A stretch of DNA of 64,000 bases from an uncultured Gemmatimonadales bacterium (GCA_963823035.1 CAWGKG010000020.1:160001-224000); one strand, 5' to 3'; positions 51,790-61,792 are shown, numbered from the stretch's first letter. Notes: generated by a model from the sequence alone, not told the origin. Numbers and translations are program-made.

Positions 51790-53178
51790 TCATGCGAGCA
51801 GCGAGAAATCGCCGGTGCTGTCCCCGAACGTCTCGACGTCCTCGAGACCGAGCTTGTGCATCAAGCTCAGCATCACGTTGGCCATCGGCGTGCCGTCCGG
51901 CGCCTTCAGGTGCTGGTTGCCCTGCATGCGCCCGTTCGCGCCACCGGCCACGAAGAGGGGGCAGCGCTTGTGGTTGTGCAGGTTCGAGTCGCCCATGGGC
52001 GACCCGTAGAGGATCATCGTCTTGTCGAGCAGGCTGGCGTCGCCCTCCATCGTCTCCTGCAGGCGCTCGAGGAAGTACGGCACCATGCTCACGTGGTACG
52101 TGTTGATCTTCGCGAAGTCGAGCACGCGGTCCTCGCGGCCGCCGTGGTGCGAGGCCGGGTGGAATGCGGCGTCCACGCCGCTGCCCGGATAGACCCGGCC
52201 GGAGCCGTCGCGCCCCATCTTGAACGAGAAGACGCGCGTCATGTCTGCCGCGAACGCGAGCGTCTGGATGTCGAACATCAGCTTGACGTGCTCCTCGAAG
52301 TCGTCGGGCACGCCGGCGGGAGCACCCATCAGCTCGCGGGGCTCGCCGCTCGTGTTGCGGGCCTCGACGCGCTGGATGCGCCGCTCGATCTCGCGGATGT
52401 TGTCGAGGTAGCGGTCCATGCGCACGCGGTCGGTCGGGCCGAGCTCGCGCTTGAGGTCGGACACCTCGCCGACGATCCAGTCGAGGATGCTGCGCTCCGT
52501 GCGTCGACGCATCGCGCGCTCCTCCGGCGTGCCGCCCGCGCCGAAGATCTGGTCGAAGGCGACGCGGGGGTCGCGGATCATCGGCAGCGGCTCGGTCGGC
52601 GACGCCCAGGAGATCGTGTCCGTGTAGACGCACGCGTAGCCGTACGCGCACCCACCCGCCTGGTCCACGTTCTCGATGCACAGCTGCATCGAGGGGATCG
52701 GCGTCTCCTGCCCGTAGTGCTTGGCGTAGATCTGGTCGAGTGACGTCCCCGCGTGCACGTCCGAGCCCTCGGTCTGCTTCGGGTGCCGTTGCGTGAGGAA
52801 GGTCGCGCTCGAGCGGAAGTGGTCGCCGCCGATCTCCTGCGGCGCCGTCGCCTCAGCCGCGGCCACGTCGGTGTTGCTGACGATGGTCAGGTAGTCGCGG
52901 AACGGCTCCAGGGGCTTCAGGCTGCTCGCCCCGAAATCGAAGTCGCGGCCCACCTGGGCGGGCGACCAGAGGTTCTTCGAGGCGCCGAGCTCGTTCGAGC
53001 CGGCCGCGCCGTGCACCATCTCGATGCACACCAGGCGGGTCTTGTCGATCTCCGCGCTCGTGCGCGCCCACAGCCGGTGCGCCGGCACCATCGCGTCCAG
53101 GAAGGGAAGCGCCACGCTCGCGCCCACGCCGCGGAGGAAGGTGCGCCGGGGGATGTGCCGCTGGGAAAGGAAGTGCAT
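51790..53178 (-). CDS. DUF1552 domain protein with Tat signal
   Basis: IPRRTFLRG...LPFLDAM, SLDQ, GYACVYTDTISW, SILD, FHPASHH, SLLDKT, GDSNLHNH. Confidence 0.92.
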   Translation of the reverse strand: MHFLSQRHIPRRTFLRGVGASVALPFLDAMVPAHRLWARTSAEIDKTRLVCIEMVHGAAGSNELGASKNLWSPAQVGRDFDFGASSLKPLEPFRDYLTIVSNTDVAAAEATAPQEIGGDHFRSSATFLTQRHPKQTEGSDVHAGTSLDQIYAKHYGQETPIPSMQLCIENVDQAGGCAYGYACVYTDTISWASPTEPLPMIRDPRVAFDQIFGAGGTPEERAMRRRTERSILDWIVGEVSDLKRELGPTDRVRMDRYLDNIREIERRIQRVEARNTSGEPRELMGAPAGVPDDFEEHVKLMFDIQTLAFAADMTRVFSFKMGRDGSGRVYPGSGVDAAFHPASHHGGREDRVLDFAKINTYHVSMVPYFLERLQETMEGDASLLDKTMILYGSPMGDSNLHNHKRCPLFVAGGANGRMQGNQHLKAPDGTPMANVMLSLMHKLGLEDVETFGDSTGDFSLLA

Positions 53179-53179
53179 C

Positions 53180-55671
53180 GCCTGCGTCTCCTGGATCGAG
53201 TTGCTTCCGGGCTCGTTCGTTCTGAGTGCATGCCGTCCATCGCGGCGTCTTCGTCCGCAACGGCGGTCGCCTTGCTCATGCGGAAGGCGGGACTACGGAT
53301 CACGCCGAAGAGGAAGGACGACATGCGGTAGTCCTGCGCGGCCGCCTCCCGCTCGATGCTCCGTACCGTGGGCATGTCGTAGTACTCGACGCGGCGCCCG
53401 AGCGCGTAGGCCATCAGGTTGCGGATGAACGTCCGCACGAACACGGTCTTGTGGTCGAGCAACGCCGCCCGCAGGTCGGCCGGGCCGGTAAGCGGCGTGC
53501 CGTCGTAGAGCTGCCCGGTGGCGTCCACGGGCATCTCGTTCTCCTTGATGCGCCACGCCCCGGTCACGTCGAAGTTGTCCAGCGCGAGTCCGATCGGGTC
53601 GATCACCCTGTGGCACGACTGGCAGACCGGGTTCGCACGGTGCTCCTCCATCCGCTCGCGGGTGGTCAGCTCCCGGCCCCCGTGCGCGCTCGGCGTCTGG
53701 TCGAAGGCGGGCACCCCGGGCGGCGGCGGCGGCGGCGGGCTACCGAGCAGCACCTCCATGACCCACTTCCCGCGCAGCACCGGTGAGGTCCGGTCCGCGT
53801 GCGACGTGAGCGCGAGCACGCTGCCGTTGCCGAGGAGCCCGCGCCGGTTCGGGTCGGTGAGCGCGACCTTCTGGAAGGCGTCGCCGGTCACGCCGGGGAT
53901 GCCGTAGTGCCGGGCGAGACGCTCGTTGACGAAGGTCGAGTCCGCCGTGATGAGATCGAGCAGGCTCCGGTCGTTGCGCACCAGGTCGAGGAAGAGCAGC
54001 TCGGTCTCGCGGTGCATCGCGTCGGCCAGACGCGCGTCGTAGTACGGGTACAGTTGCGCGTCCGGGTGGATCTTCTCGAGATCCTGCAGCCGCAGCCACT
54101 GCGCCGCGAAGCGCGTGCCCAGCGCGTCCGCGCGCGGATCGTCGAGCATGCGGCGGGCCTGGGCCATCAACGTCTCGGGCTTCGACAGCTCCCCCGCCCG
54201 TGCCAGCCCGATCAGCTCCTCGTCGGGCGGCTCGGCCCACAGGAAGAAGGAGAGGCGCGAAGCCAGGTCGAGGTCGGCGATCGCATAGATGTCCCCGGCC
54301 TTGGCGTCCGCCGGGACCTCCTCGAGCCGGAACACGAAGTGCGGGCTCGACAGGATCGCCTGGAGCGCGGTACGCACGCCGGTCTCGAAGCCGCCGGTCT
54401 CCGCGCCCTCGCGGTAGAAGCGCATCAGGTCGCCGACCTCGTCGTCCTCGAGGGGTCGACGGTACGCCTCGCCCGCGATACGCGACACGATCTGGCGGGC
54501 GCAGGGCGTCTCCTCGTCGGCCGCCGTCGGCCGGCAGACGAAGATCGCGCGCCGCGACGGCGTGTCGGATACGCCGCTGGTCCGGAACGGGCCGCTGATC
54601 GTGAGGTCGCGCAGGTGCGGGCCGGTCGTGATCCCGTAGGCGGTGCCGATCTGCGAGTCCGCGAGGGTGTGGTCGATCGGGGTGATCAGGTCGTCGATCG
54701 GGCCGTCGCGACTTCCTGAGGAAGGCGGCGGAGATGCGCTGCGGCCCGGCGCCACGTGGATCGACAGGCGTCTCCATGCGCATACCGGTCGGATCGGACT
54801 CCGACATCCACCGGTCGATCTCGAGGAGCGCCACGCGCTCGCCGTTGAGCGACACCTCGAGCTTCTCGTCGGGCGACGTCAGCCCGTAGAGGTTGCCGGT
54901 CGGCTCGGGGTGCAGCTCGAGCTCGAAGACGTAGTCGCCGTCGGCGGGGAAGTTGTGCACCACCGAGACCCCACCGCGCGTGCCCAGGGGCGTACCCTCG
55001 ACGTGCACCATCTGCGAGGCGGTCTTGGGCACCTTGTACGTGGTGGAGCTGGGCCCGGCGGCCGGGTCGCCCACCGCCAGGCGGCTGATCTCGCTCGCGG
55101 CGCGCAGGTAGCCCTCGAGCAGCGTCGGCGAGAGCATCTGCACGTCGGCGATGTTGTCGAAGTTCTCGGAGAGCGTCTCGCCGGGCAGGAAGGCGTCCAC
55201 GTCCACGTCGAGCACGAGCATGTCGTGGATGGAGCGGGCGTACTCGGCGCGGTTGAGGCGCTGGAAGGTGCGTCCGCCCGGGTTCGGGCTCGCTGCCGCC
55301 GCCGCGTCGATCTTCGTCTCGAGCGTGGTCGCCAGCGCATCGAGGATCTCGGCGGGAGGCCTCTTGGCGCCGCTCGGAGGCATCATCCCGGCGCGCAGCT
55401 TGTGGATGATCTTCTCGGCGAGCTCGGCGTTCGCCGGGAGCGCGCCGACGTCGAAGTCGGCGAGCGACATGTTGCCGCGGTGCTCCGTGGTGCCGTGGCA
55501 GCGCCGGCAGTTGTAGACGAAGACCGAATTGGCCGAGTCCGCCGTCAACGTGTCCGAAGCCGAACGTCCGCCGGCCGCGGAGAGCGGTCGGAGGGACGGA
55601 GGGGTCGGTACGGCGGCCAGGGTAACCGCCAGGACGGCTGCGCCCAGCATCGCAGACGTGGCTCTTTTCAT
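53180..55671 (-). CDS. DUF1587/1595/1592/1588/1585 domain cytochrome c-type protein; frameshifted
   Basis: CRRCH, LRAGMMPP, RLNRAEY, AYRRP, ILSSPHFVFR, LASRLSFFLW, RTSPVLRGKW, CQSCH...DPIGLALDNFD, YALGR. Indels near 54710-54765; 3' end approximate because the frame as given runs to 52917. Confidence 0.88.
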
Positions 55672-55859
55672 TTCCCGCCTCGGCAAACAGCGAACCTCGG
55701 ATGCCTTCTCCGGATGCGCACCCCGGTGGCTCCCGCGCTTCCCCGCACCCCACGCCGACCCGCGCTCCGGGAGGTCCGGCACGCAACGTGCCAGAATAAG
55801 ACCGATTCCGGTTGTTGGCCAGCGAGCGGAGGGCGGATCGACGCCATGTGCCGCGAACG

Positions 55860-55963
55860 GTAGGGAATCTCCCCACTTCTCCGCCGCGACAATCCCCACC
55901 GGAGCGGCCCTTCTCCTCCCGACACCCCCTGAAATGGGCGCTAGGTAGCTTCTCGTTGGGCCA
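55860..55963 (+). promoter_or_regulatory. Conserved 104-bp promoter element, copy 2 (upstream of rnfC)
   Basis: Gap-free match to 36407-36510. Confidence 0.8.
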
Positions 55964-56037
55964 TCGGTACTGGTGATGAAGCTCCGGCCGCCGGCGCTGT
56001 CGCGCGGGCGGATCCGCATCTATGCGGACCTAGGGAG

Positions 56038-57429
56038 ATGGACGTGCTCAACCTTTTTGGCGTCACTTTCCGGCATGGCGTGCACCCGCCCGACTCCAAG
56101 AGTCTGACGGAGCACCTGCCGATCCGCCGGATGCCGTTCCCCGAACGCATCGCGCTCCCCCTGCGCCAGCACGCGGGCAAGCCCGCCCGCTGCCTGGTGA
56201 AGAAGGGCGACCGCGTCGAGCGGGGCGACAAGATCGCGGAGGCCGACGGCTACGTGTCGGTGCCGATCCATGCCTCCGCGGCAGGGACCGTCGCCGAGAT
56301 CGGCTGGTGGCCCCACCCGGACGGCTCGATGGCCGAGACCGTCGTGATCGACGTGGAGCGGCACAGCCCGCAGATCCCGCGCCCCCGCCTCGTGCCCGAT
56401 TGGCACGGCCTCACCCCCGACCAGGTGCGCCGGGCCGTCCAGGACGGCGGGGTGGTGGGGCTCGGGGGCGCGGCCTTTCCCACGCACGTCAAGCTGCAGC
56501 CGCCCAAGGACCTGCCGATCGAGTGGCTTCTCGTGAACGGCGCCGAGTGCGAGCCCTACCTGACGACCGACCACCGGACGATGGTCGAGTATCCGGAGAG
56601 GGTGCACTTCGGCATCCGCATCATGATGCAGTGCCTCGGCGCGAAGCGGGCGGTGATCGGCGTCGAGATGAACAAGCCCGACGCGATCGCGGCGCTCGAG
56701 CGCACACGGCCCACCGACATCGACATCACGGTGCAGCCGCTGATCGTGAAGTATCCGCAGGGCGCCGAGAAGATGCTCATCCAGGTCGTGACCGGCCGCG
56801 AGGTGCCTTCCGGCAAGCTGCCGATGCACGTCGGCGCGGTGGTCCAGAACGTGGGCTCGATCGCGACGATCGCCGAGATCTTCGAGACGGGCCTCCCGCT
56901 CATCGAACGCGTCGTGACCGTCACCGGCCCCGGCGTGAAGCGCCCCTCGAACCTGATCATCCCGGTCGGCACGATGCTCGGCGACGTGCTCGACTTCTGC
57001 GGCGGCATCTCGGACGATGCGGCCGAGATCGTCTTCGGTGGACCCATGATGGGCTCCTCGCAGCCCGACATGCGCACTCCGCTCACGAAGGGCACCACGG
57101 GCATCACCGTGCTGACGACGCGAGAGGTGAAGCCGAAGAAGACCTACCCGTGCATCAGCTGCGGGCACTGCCTCGATGCCTGCCCCGTCTTCCTCAACCC
57201 GTCTCAGCTCGGCAAGCTCGCTCAGGCGGGACGCTACGACGCCATGCAGGAGGGGTTCCACCTGCAGGACTGCATGCTGTGCGGGTCCTGCTCGTACGTG
57301 TGCCCGTCCAACATCCCTCTCTCCCAGATGTTCGCCCTCAGCAAGACGGCGCTGCGGAAGCAACAGCAGACGGCTGCTGCCGCCGAGCGGAAGCCCGGAG
57401 TCGCGAAGGAAGGGGACAAGGTCGCCTGA
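56038..57429 (+). CDS. rnfC: Rnf complex subunit C
   Basis: PLRQHAG, GVVGLGGAAFPTHVK, NGAECEPYLT, KYPQGAEK, GGPMMG, CISCGHCLDACP, CMLCGSCSYVCP. Confidence 0.96.
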   Translation: MDVLNLFGVTFRHGVHPPDSKSLTEHLPIRRMPFPERIALPLRQHAGKPARCLVKKGDRVERGDKIAEADGYVSVPIHASAAGTVAEIGWWPHPDGSMAETVVIDVERHSPQIPRPRLVPDWHGLTPDQVRRAVQDGGVVGLGGAAFPTHVKLQPPKDLPIEWLLVNGAECEPYLTTDHRTMVEYPERVHFGIRIMMQCLGAKRAVIGVEMNKPDAIAALERTRPTDIDITVQPLIVKYPQGAEKMLIQVVTGREVPSGKLPMHVGAVVQNVGSIATIAEIFETGLPLIERVVTVTGPGVKRPSNLIIPVGTMLGDVLDFCGGISDDAAEIVFGGPMMGSSQPDMRTPLTKGTTGITVLTTREVKPKKTYPCISCGHCLDACPVFLNPSQLGKLAQAGRYDAMQEGFHLQDCMLCGSCSYVCPSNIPLSQMFALSKTALRKQQQTAAAAERKPGVAKEGDKVA

Positions 57430-58430
57430 TGGACACGCCACGCTTCGAACTCACCGCGGCGCCCCACATCAAGGGCCCGGACAGCACGCCCCGGATCATG
57501 TGGTCGGTGGTGGGGAGCCTGGTCCCCGTCGTCCTCGCCGCCGTCTGGTACTTCGGCCCCAGCGCGATCCTGGTCATCGGGGCCTCGACGATCGGCTGTG
57601 TCGCCACCGAGCGCCTCTTCGGTCCCGGGGGATCGCTGCGCGACGGTTCGGCCGCCATCACGGGCCTGCTCCTCGGACTCACCCTGCCGCCCGGCCTGCC
57701 CATCTGGATGGCGTTCCTCGGCGGTGGCTTCGCGATCGGATTCGGCAAGCTGCTCTTCGGCGGCCTCGGCCAGAACATCTTCAACCCCGCCCTTCTCGGG
57801 CGCGCCTTCCTGCAGGCGGCCTTCCCGGAGGCCCTGACCACCTGGCCCGACCTCTCCGGTCCGTGGCAGGCGCTGCGTGGAGACAACTTCGCCTTCCCCC
57901 TGATGGGTGCCGACCCCGTGGCCACGATCACGGGGGCCACACCCCTCGGCCTCATGAAGTTCGAGGGCGCCCACACCGAGTTGGCGCGCCTCCTGATCGG
58001 TTCCACGGGCGGCTCGCTGGGCGAGACGGCCGCCGTCGTGATCCTGCTGGCCGGGGGCTACCTCGCCTTGAAGAAGTACCTCGACTGGCGCGTCCCGGTC
58101 TCGATCTTCGTGACCGTCGCGGTGCTGTCCCAGATCATCCACTTCTTCATCCCCGCGAAGCCCGACGCGCTCTTCATGCTGTTCAGCGGCGGGCTCATGC
58201 TCGGCGCGGTGTTCATGGCCACCGACATGGTGACGTCGCCCACCACGGCGAAGGGCGCGTGGATCTACGGCGTGGGCATCGGCGCGATGGTGGTGCTGAT
58301 CCGGCTGTGGGGCGGGCTCCCCGAGGGGGTGATGTACGCGATCCTGTTCATGAACGCCTTCGTGCCGTTCATCAACCGGGCCACCCAGCCGAGGCTCTTC
58401 GGCACGGGGAAGGAGGCCATGGTCCGATGA
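57429..58430 (+). CDS. rnfD: Rnf complex subunit D
   Basis: APHI, DGSAAITGLLLGLTLPP, FGGLGQNIFNPA, FMN site TGATPL, GSLGET, FMATDMVTSP. Confidence 0.96.
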   Translation: MDTPRFELTAAPHIKGPDSTPRIMWSVVGSLVPVVLAAVWYFGPSAILVIGASTIGCVATERLFGPGGSLRDGSAAITGLLLGLTLPPGLPIWMAFLGGGFAIGFGKLLFGGLGQNIFNPALLGRAFLQAAFPEALTTWPDLSGPWQALRGDNFAFPLMGADPVATITGATPLGLMKFEGAHTELARLLIGSTGGSLGETAAVVILLAGGYLALKKYLDWRVPVSIFVTVAVLSQIIHFFIPAKPDALFMLFSGGLMLGAVFMATDMVTSPTTAKGAWIYGVGIGAMVVLIRLWGGLPEGVMYAILFMNAFVPFINRATQPRLFGTGKEAMVR

Positions 58431-59149
58431 GCGAGCAGAAGCTCCCCATGGCCGAAGGCGGTGGCCCCCCGCCTGCACCCATCCAGGTGTCGGCCTCGTC
58501 GGTGCGGCTGATCGGGACGCTCGCCGTCGCGGGCGCACTGGCCGGTCTCGCCATCGTCATGGCGTTCCAGTGGGCCAACCCGCGCATCGAGGCCTACGAC
58601 GCCCTGGTGCTCGCCCAGGCGGTCACCGAGGTGCTGGGCGGCGCCGACCACTACGAGACGGTCTTCGTCGAGAACGGCAAGCTCACGGACGCGCCGCAGG
58701 CCGACACCGCCGGCCTCGATCGCGTCTACGTGGGCTACGACGACAGCGGCAGGCCGAGGGGCGTCGCGCTCAAGGCGGCGGAAGCCGGCTTCCAGGACGT
58801 CATCACGCTGATCTTCGGCTACGACCCGGCGACCGGGGATCTCCTCGGGATGAAGGTCCTGGACAGCAAGGAGACGCCGGGGCTCGGCGACAAGATCCAG
58901 AAGGACACGGCGTTCGTCGGAGGGTTCGACGACGTGGGCACGCCGTTGCTCGGTGTCAAGAAGGGCCAGGGCGCGGGCGGCCACGACGAGGTGGTCATGA
59001 TCACCGGCGCCACGATCTCGTCCCGCGCCGTCATCGGCATCATCAACCACCGGCTGGAGGCGTTGAAGGGACCCGTGGACAGCTACTGGGCGGGCCTCGC
59101 GAGCGGGAGCGCGGGCGGGACCGCGACGCATGGGGGAGGGGGCTCATGA
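58427..59149 (+). CDS. rnfG: Rnf complex subunit G (FMN-binding)
   Basis: One TM, ETPGLG, FMN site ITGATISS; ATGA overlaps on both sides. Confidence 0.93.
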   Translation: MSEQKLPMAEGGGPPPAPIQVSASSVRLIGTLAVAGALAGLAIVMAFQWANPRIEAYDALVLAQAVTEVLGGADHYETVFVENGKLTDAPQADTAGLDRVYVGYDDSGRPRGVALKAAEAGFQDVITLIFGYDPATGDLLGMKVLDSKETPGLGDKIQKDTAFVGGFDDVGTPLLGVKKGQGAGGHDEVVMITGATISSRAVIGIINHRLEALKGPVDSYWAGLASGSAGGTATHGGGGS

Positions 59150-59841
59150 GGCAGACCACGCAGCAGGAGGACTTCCTCCGGGGCATCTGGAAGGAGAACC
59201 CGGTGCTCGTGCAGCTCCTGGGGCTGTGCCCCACGCTGGCCGTCACGAACACCGTGGAGAACTCGATCGCGATGGGGCTCGCCACCTTCTTCGTGCTGGT
59301 CGGCTCGAGCATCCTGGTGGCGTCGCTGAAGCGGTGGATCCCGAAGGAGGTGCGCATCAGCGCCTACATCCTCGTCATCGCCACCTTCGTCACGCTGGCC
59401 GATCTCGTGCTCCACGCGGTGGTGCCGGAGATCCACAAGCAACTGGGCGCCTTCATCGCGCTCATCGTCGTGAACTGCATGATCCTGGGCCGCCAGGAGG
59501 CGTTCGCGTCGAAGAACACGGTATGGCGCTCGATCCTGGACGCGGTCGGGAGCGGAGTCGGCTTCATCATCGCGCTGCTGATGATGGGCTCGGTGCGCGA
59601 GATCCTCGGCAACGGGACCTTCCTCGACCACCCGGTCATGGGCCCGCACTTCGAGCCCTGGGTGATCATGATCCTGCCCCCGGGCGGGTTCTTCACGCTG
59701 GGCATCATCCTGCTGACGTTCGGCTGGTGGAAGGAGCGCCGACACGTGCCGGTGCATCCGCGTCGCTGGCCGCACGGCGTGACGACGGCGGTGCAGGGTG
59801 AAGCGACCGAAGCCCTCGAAGCGGGCGCGGGAGGCGCATGA
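59146..59841 (+). CDS. rnfE: Rnf complex subunit E
   Basis: ENPVLVQLLGLCPTLAVT, LIVVNCMILGR, ILPPGGF. Confidence 0.96.
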   Translation: MRQTTQQEDFLRGIWKENPVLVQLLGLCPTLAVTNTVENSIAMGLATFFVLVGSSILVASLKRWIPKEVRISAYILVIATFVTLADLVLHAVVPEIHKQLGAFIALIVVNCMILGRQEAFASKNTVWRSILDAVGSGVGFIIALLMMGSVREILGNGTFLDHPVMGPHFEPWVIMILPPGGFFTLGIILLTFGWWKERRHVPVHPRRWPHGVTTAVQGEATEALEAGAGGA

Positions 59842-60416
59842 TGGGCGAGCTCTTCTGGATCCTGATCAGCGCCATGCTGGTGAACAACTTCACCCTGGTG
59901 CTCTTCCTCGGACTCTGTCCGTTCCTCGGCGTCTCCGGCCGGGTCGCGACGGCGCTGCGCATGGGGCTGGCGAACATCTTCGTGCTCGTCATCACCTCGA
60001 TGGTGGCCTCGCTCCTGAACGCGTATGTCCTGCCGTACGCGCCCTACCTGCGGATCATCTCCTTCATCGTGGTGATCGCGTCGCTCGTGCAGATCGTGGA
60101 GATGGCCATCAAGAAGCTGTCACCGACGCTCTTCCGTGAGCTCGGCATCTTCCTGCCGCTCATCACGACGAACTGCGCGATCCTCGGGTTGGCGATCTTC
60201 CAGACCAACCGCGGCTACGGCTTCACCGAGGGTCTGTTCTTCGCGATCGGCGGGGGCGCAGGCCTGACGCTGGCGCTGGTCCTCATGGCCTCCATCCGCG
60301 AGACGGTGGAGCTGTCGGACGTGCCGGCCATGGCCCGGAACATGGGCCTGGTGCTGATCCTGGCGGGGAGCCTGTCGCTGGCCTTCATGGGCTTCGCGGG
60401 GCTGTTCAGCTCATGA
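59838..60416 (+). CDS. rnfA: Rnf complex subunit A
   Basis: NNFTLVLFLGLCPFLG, LGIFLPLITTNCAILG, SLAFMGF. Confidence 0.96.
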   Translation: MMGELFWILISAMLVNNFTLVLFLGLCPFLGVSGRVATALRMGLANIFVLVITSMVASLLNAYVLPYAPYLRIISFIVVIASLVQIVEMAIKKLSPTLFRELGIFLPLITTNCAILGLAIFQTNRGYGFTEGLFFAIGGGAGLTLALVLMASIRETVELSDVPAMARNMGLVLILAGSLSLAFMGFAGLFSS

Positions 60417-60562
60417 TCGGCGCGATCTCGGTCCTGGTGATGGCGATGCTGTTCGTGGTCTTCGGCCTGCTGCGTCTCGGAAACGGGAGCGGCTGCGGCA
60501 GCGGCCACTGCGATTCCTGCTCTCACGATTGCGAAATCGAAGCCGACGGGAGGCTTCCATGA
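60413..60562 (+). CDS. 49-aa single-TM Cys-rich protein (NqrM-like / FeoB-associated Cys-rich-like), absent from ORF track
   Basis: MIGAISVLVMAMLFVVFGLLRLGNGSGCGSGHCDSCSHDCEIEADGRLP; ATGA overlaps with both the rnfA stop and the apbE start. Confidence 0.8.
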   Translation: MIGAISVLVMAMLFVVFGLLRLGNGSGCGSGHCDSCSHDCEIEADGRLP

Positions 60563-61530
60563 ACGTCGATCGCCGTGAATTCCTCGCCCTGGGAGTGGGC
60601 GCTCTCGCCGTGGCGTCGTTGCCGCGCGCGCTGCGCCGCCGGGACCACCTCGTGCGCCGTCAGATCCCCGTGATGGGGACGATCGCGGAGGTCGCGGTGC
60701 GCCACCGCGACGAGCGTTGGGCACAGCAGGCGATCGACGCAGCGCTGGCCGAGCTGCGCCGCGTGGACCGCACGATGACGCGCTTCAGCGCGGACTCCGA
60801 CATCGGCCGCACGAACGGCGCCGCCGGTCGCTACAGCGTGCCGATCTCGGACGACACGGCCGCCGTGCTCTTGGCGGCCCTCGCGTGGGCGGAGGCCAGC
60901 GATGGCCGCTTCGATCCCTGCCTCGGCCGGGTGTCGGAGCTGTGGCACGTCGGCACCCGCCACGCGCCCCCGACCGCCGAGGAGCTGAAGACCGCGGCGC
61001 CGGGGAATCACTATCGTTCGCTCGAGGTGGACCGCGGCGGGTCGGTGGCCCGTGCCTCGCTGGATCGCGGCAACGTGGCGGTCGACCTGGGGGGGATCGC
61101 CAAGGGCTACGGAGTCGATCTGGCGGCGCAGGCGCTGCGCGACCAGGGCATCTTCCACGCGCTCGTGAACGTCGGCGGCGACCTGGTCGCCCTCGGTGTG
61201 GACGAGAACGAGGAGCCGTGGCGCGTCGGGGTGCGTTCTCCCGACCACCTCGACGAGGTCGTCGAGGTCCTGCGCGTCAGCGACCGCGCCGTGGCCACCT
61301 CGGGCGATTATCTGCAGTACTTCCAGTCCGGTGGGCGGCGGTACCACCATCTGCTGGACCCCAGGACCGGAGAGCCGCGTGAAACCGGCATGCGGTCGAT
61401 CACCGTGGAGGCCACCTCGTGCATGGCCGCCGACGCCGCGGCGACCGCGCTCTTCGGTGCAGGCGACGTGACCGCCCGTGACGTCCTGGGGCGTGCCGCC
61501 CCGGGCGCACGCGTCGTTCATCATATCTAG
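60559..61530 (+). CDS. apbE: FAD:protein FMN transferase
   Basis: VMGT, SDGRFDP, DLGGIAKGYGVD, VNVGGD, AVATSGDY, YHHLLDPRTG, ADAAATA; N-terminal DRREFL twin-arginine motif. Confidence 0.95.
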   Translation: MNVDRREFLALGVGALAVASLPRALRRRDHLVRRQIPVMGTIAEVAVRHRDERWAQQAIDAALAELRRVDRTMTRFSADSDIGRTNGAAGRYSVPISDDTAAVLLAALAWAEASDGRFDPCLGRVSELWHVGTRHAPPTAEELKTAAPGNHYRSLEVDRGGSVARASLDRGNVAVDLGGIAKGYGVDLAAQALRDQGIFHALVNVGGDLVALGVDENEEPWRVGVRSPDHLDEVVEVLRVSDRAVATSGDYLQYFQSGGRRYHHLLDPRTGEPRETGMRSITVEATSCMAADAAATALFGAGDVTARDVLGRAAPGARVVHHI

Positions 61531-61549
61531 GTCAACCAGGAGGAGCCCC

Positions 61550-61792
61550 ATGGATGCCCGTATCGCGTACTGCGCGACCTGCGACCGCCCGGTCCGCGTG
61601 CTCGTGAAGAAGGAGGCTCCCGCCTGGCCCTCGCCGCACGACATCGAGCCGAACGACGTCGTGTGCCTCGAGCACGGGGAGACGTGTTCGAGCGGGACGG
61701 TGTGCCCGATCTTCGACGTGCCCAGCGAGCAGATGAAGGAGAACCTCGACGAGTTCCGGCGCAACGCGGATGCGAGCGCCGAGGAGGGTTGA
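61550..61792 (+). CDS. Small Cys-rich hypothetical protein (paralogue 1)
   Basis: AGGAGG RBS; 80 aa; CATC-x27-C-x6-C-x5-CP. Confidence 0.75.
   Translation: MDARIAYCATCDRPVRVLVKKEAPAWPSPHDIEPNDVVCLEHGETCSSGTVCPIFDVPSEQMKENLDEFRRNADASAEEG

Noticed and set aside
46494..55671. Block between the two rnf-related operons as a mobile island
   Set aside because: No integrase, transposase, tRNA or terminal repeats, and no visible compositional shift; the 104-bp elements are too diverged and block-like to be att sites or target duplications.
56307..59841. Long N-terminal extensions on RnfD, RnfG and RnfE in the ORF track
   Set aside because: True starts are the overlapping ATGs at 57429, 58427 and 59146; the extensions are shadow frames of upstream genes.
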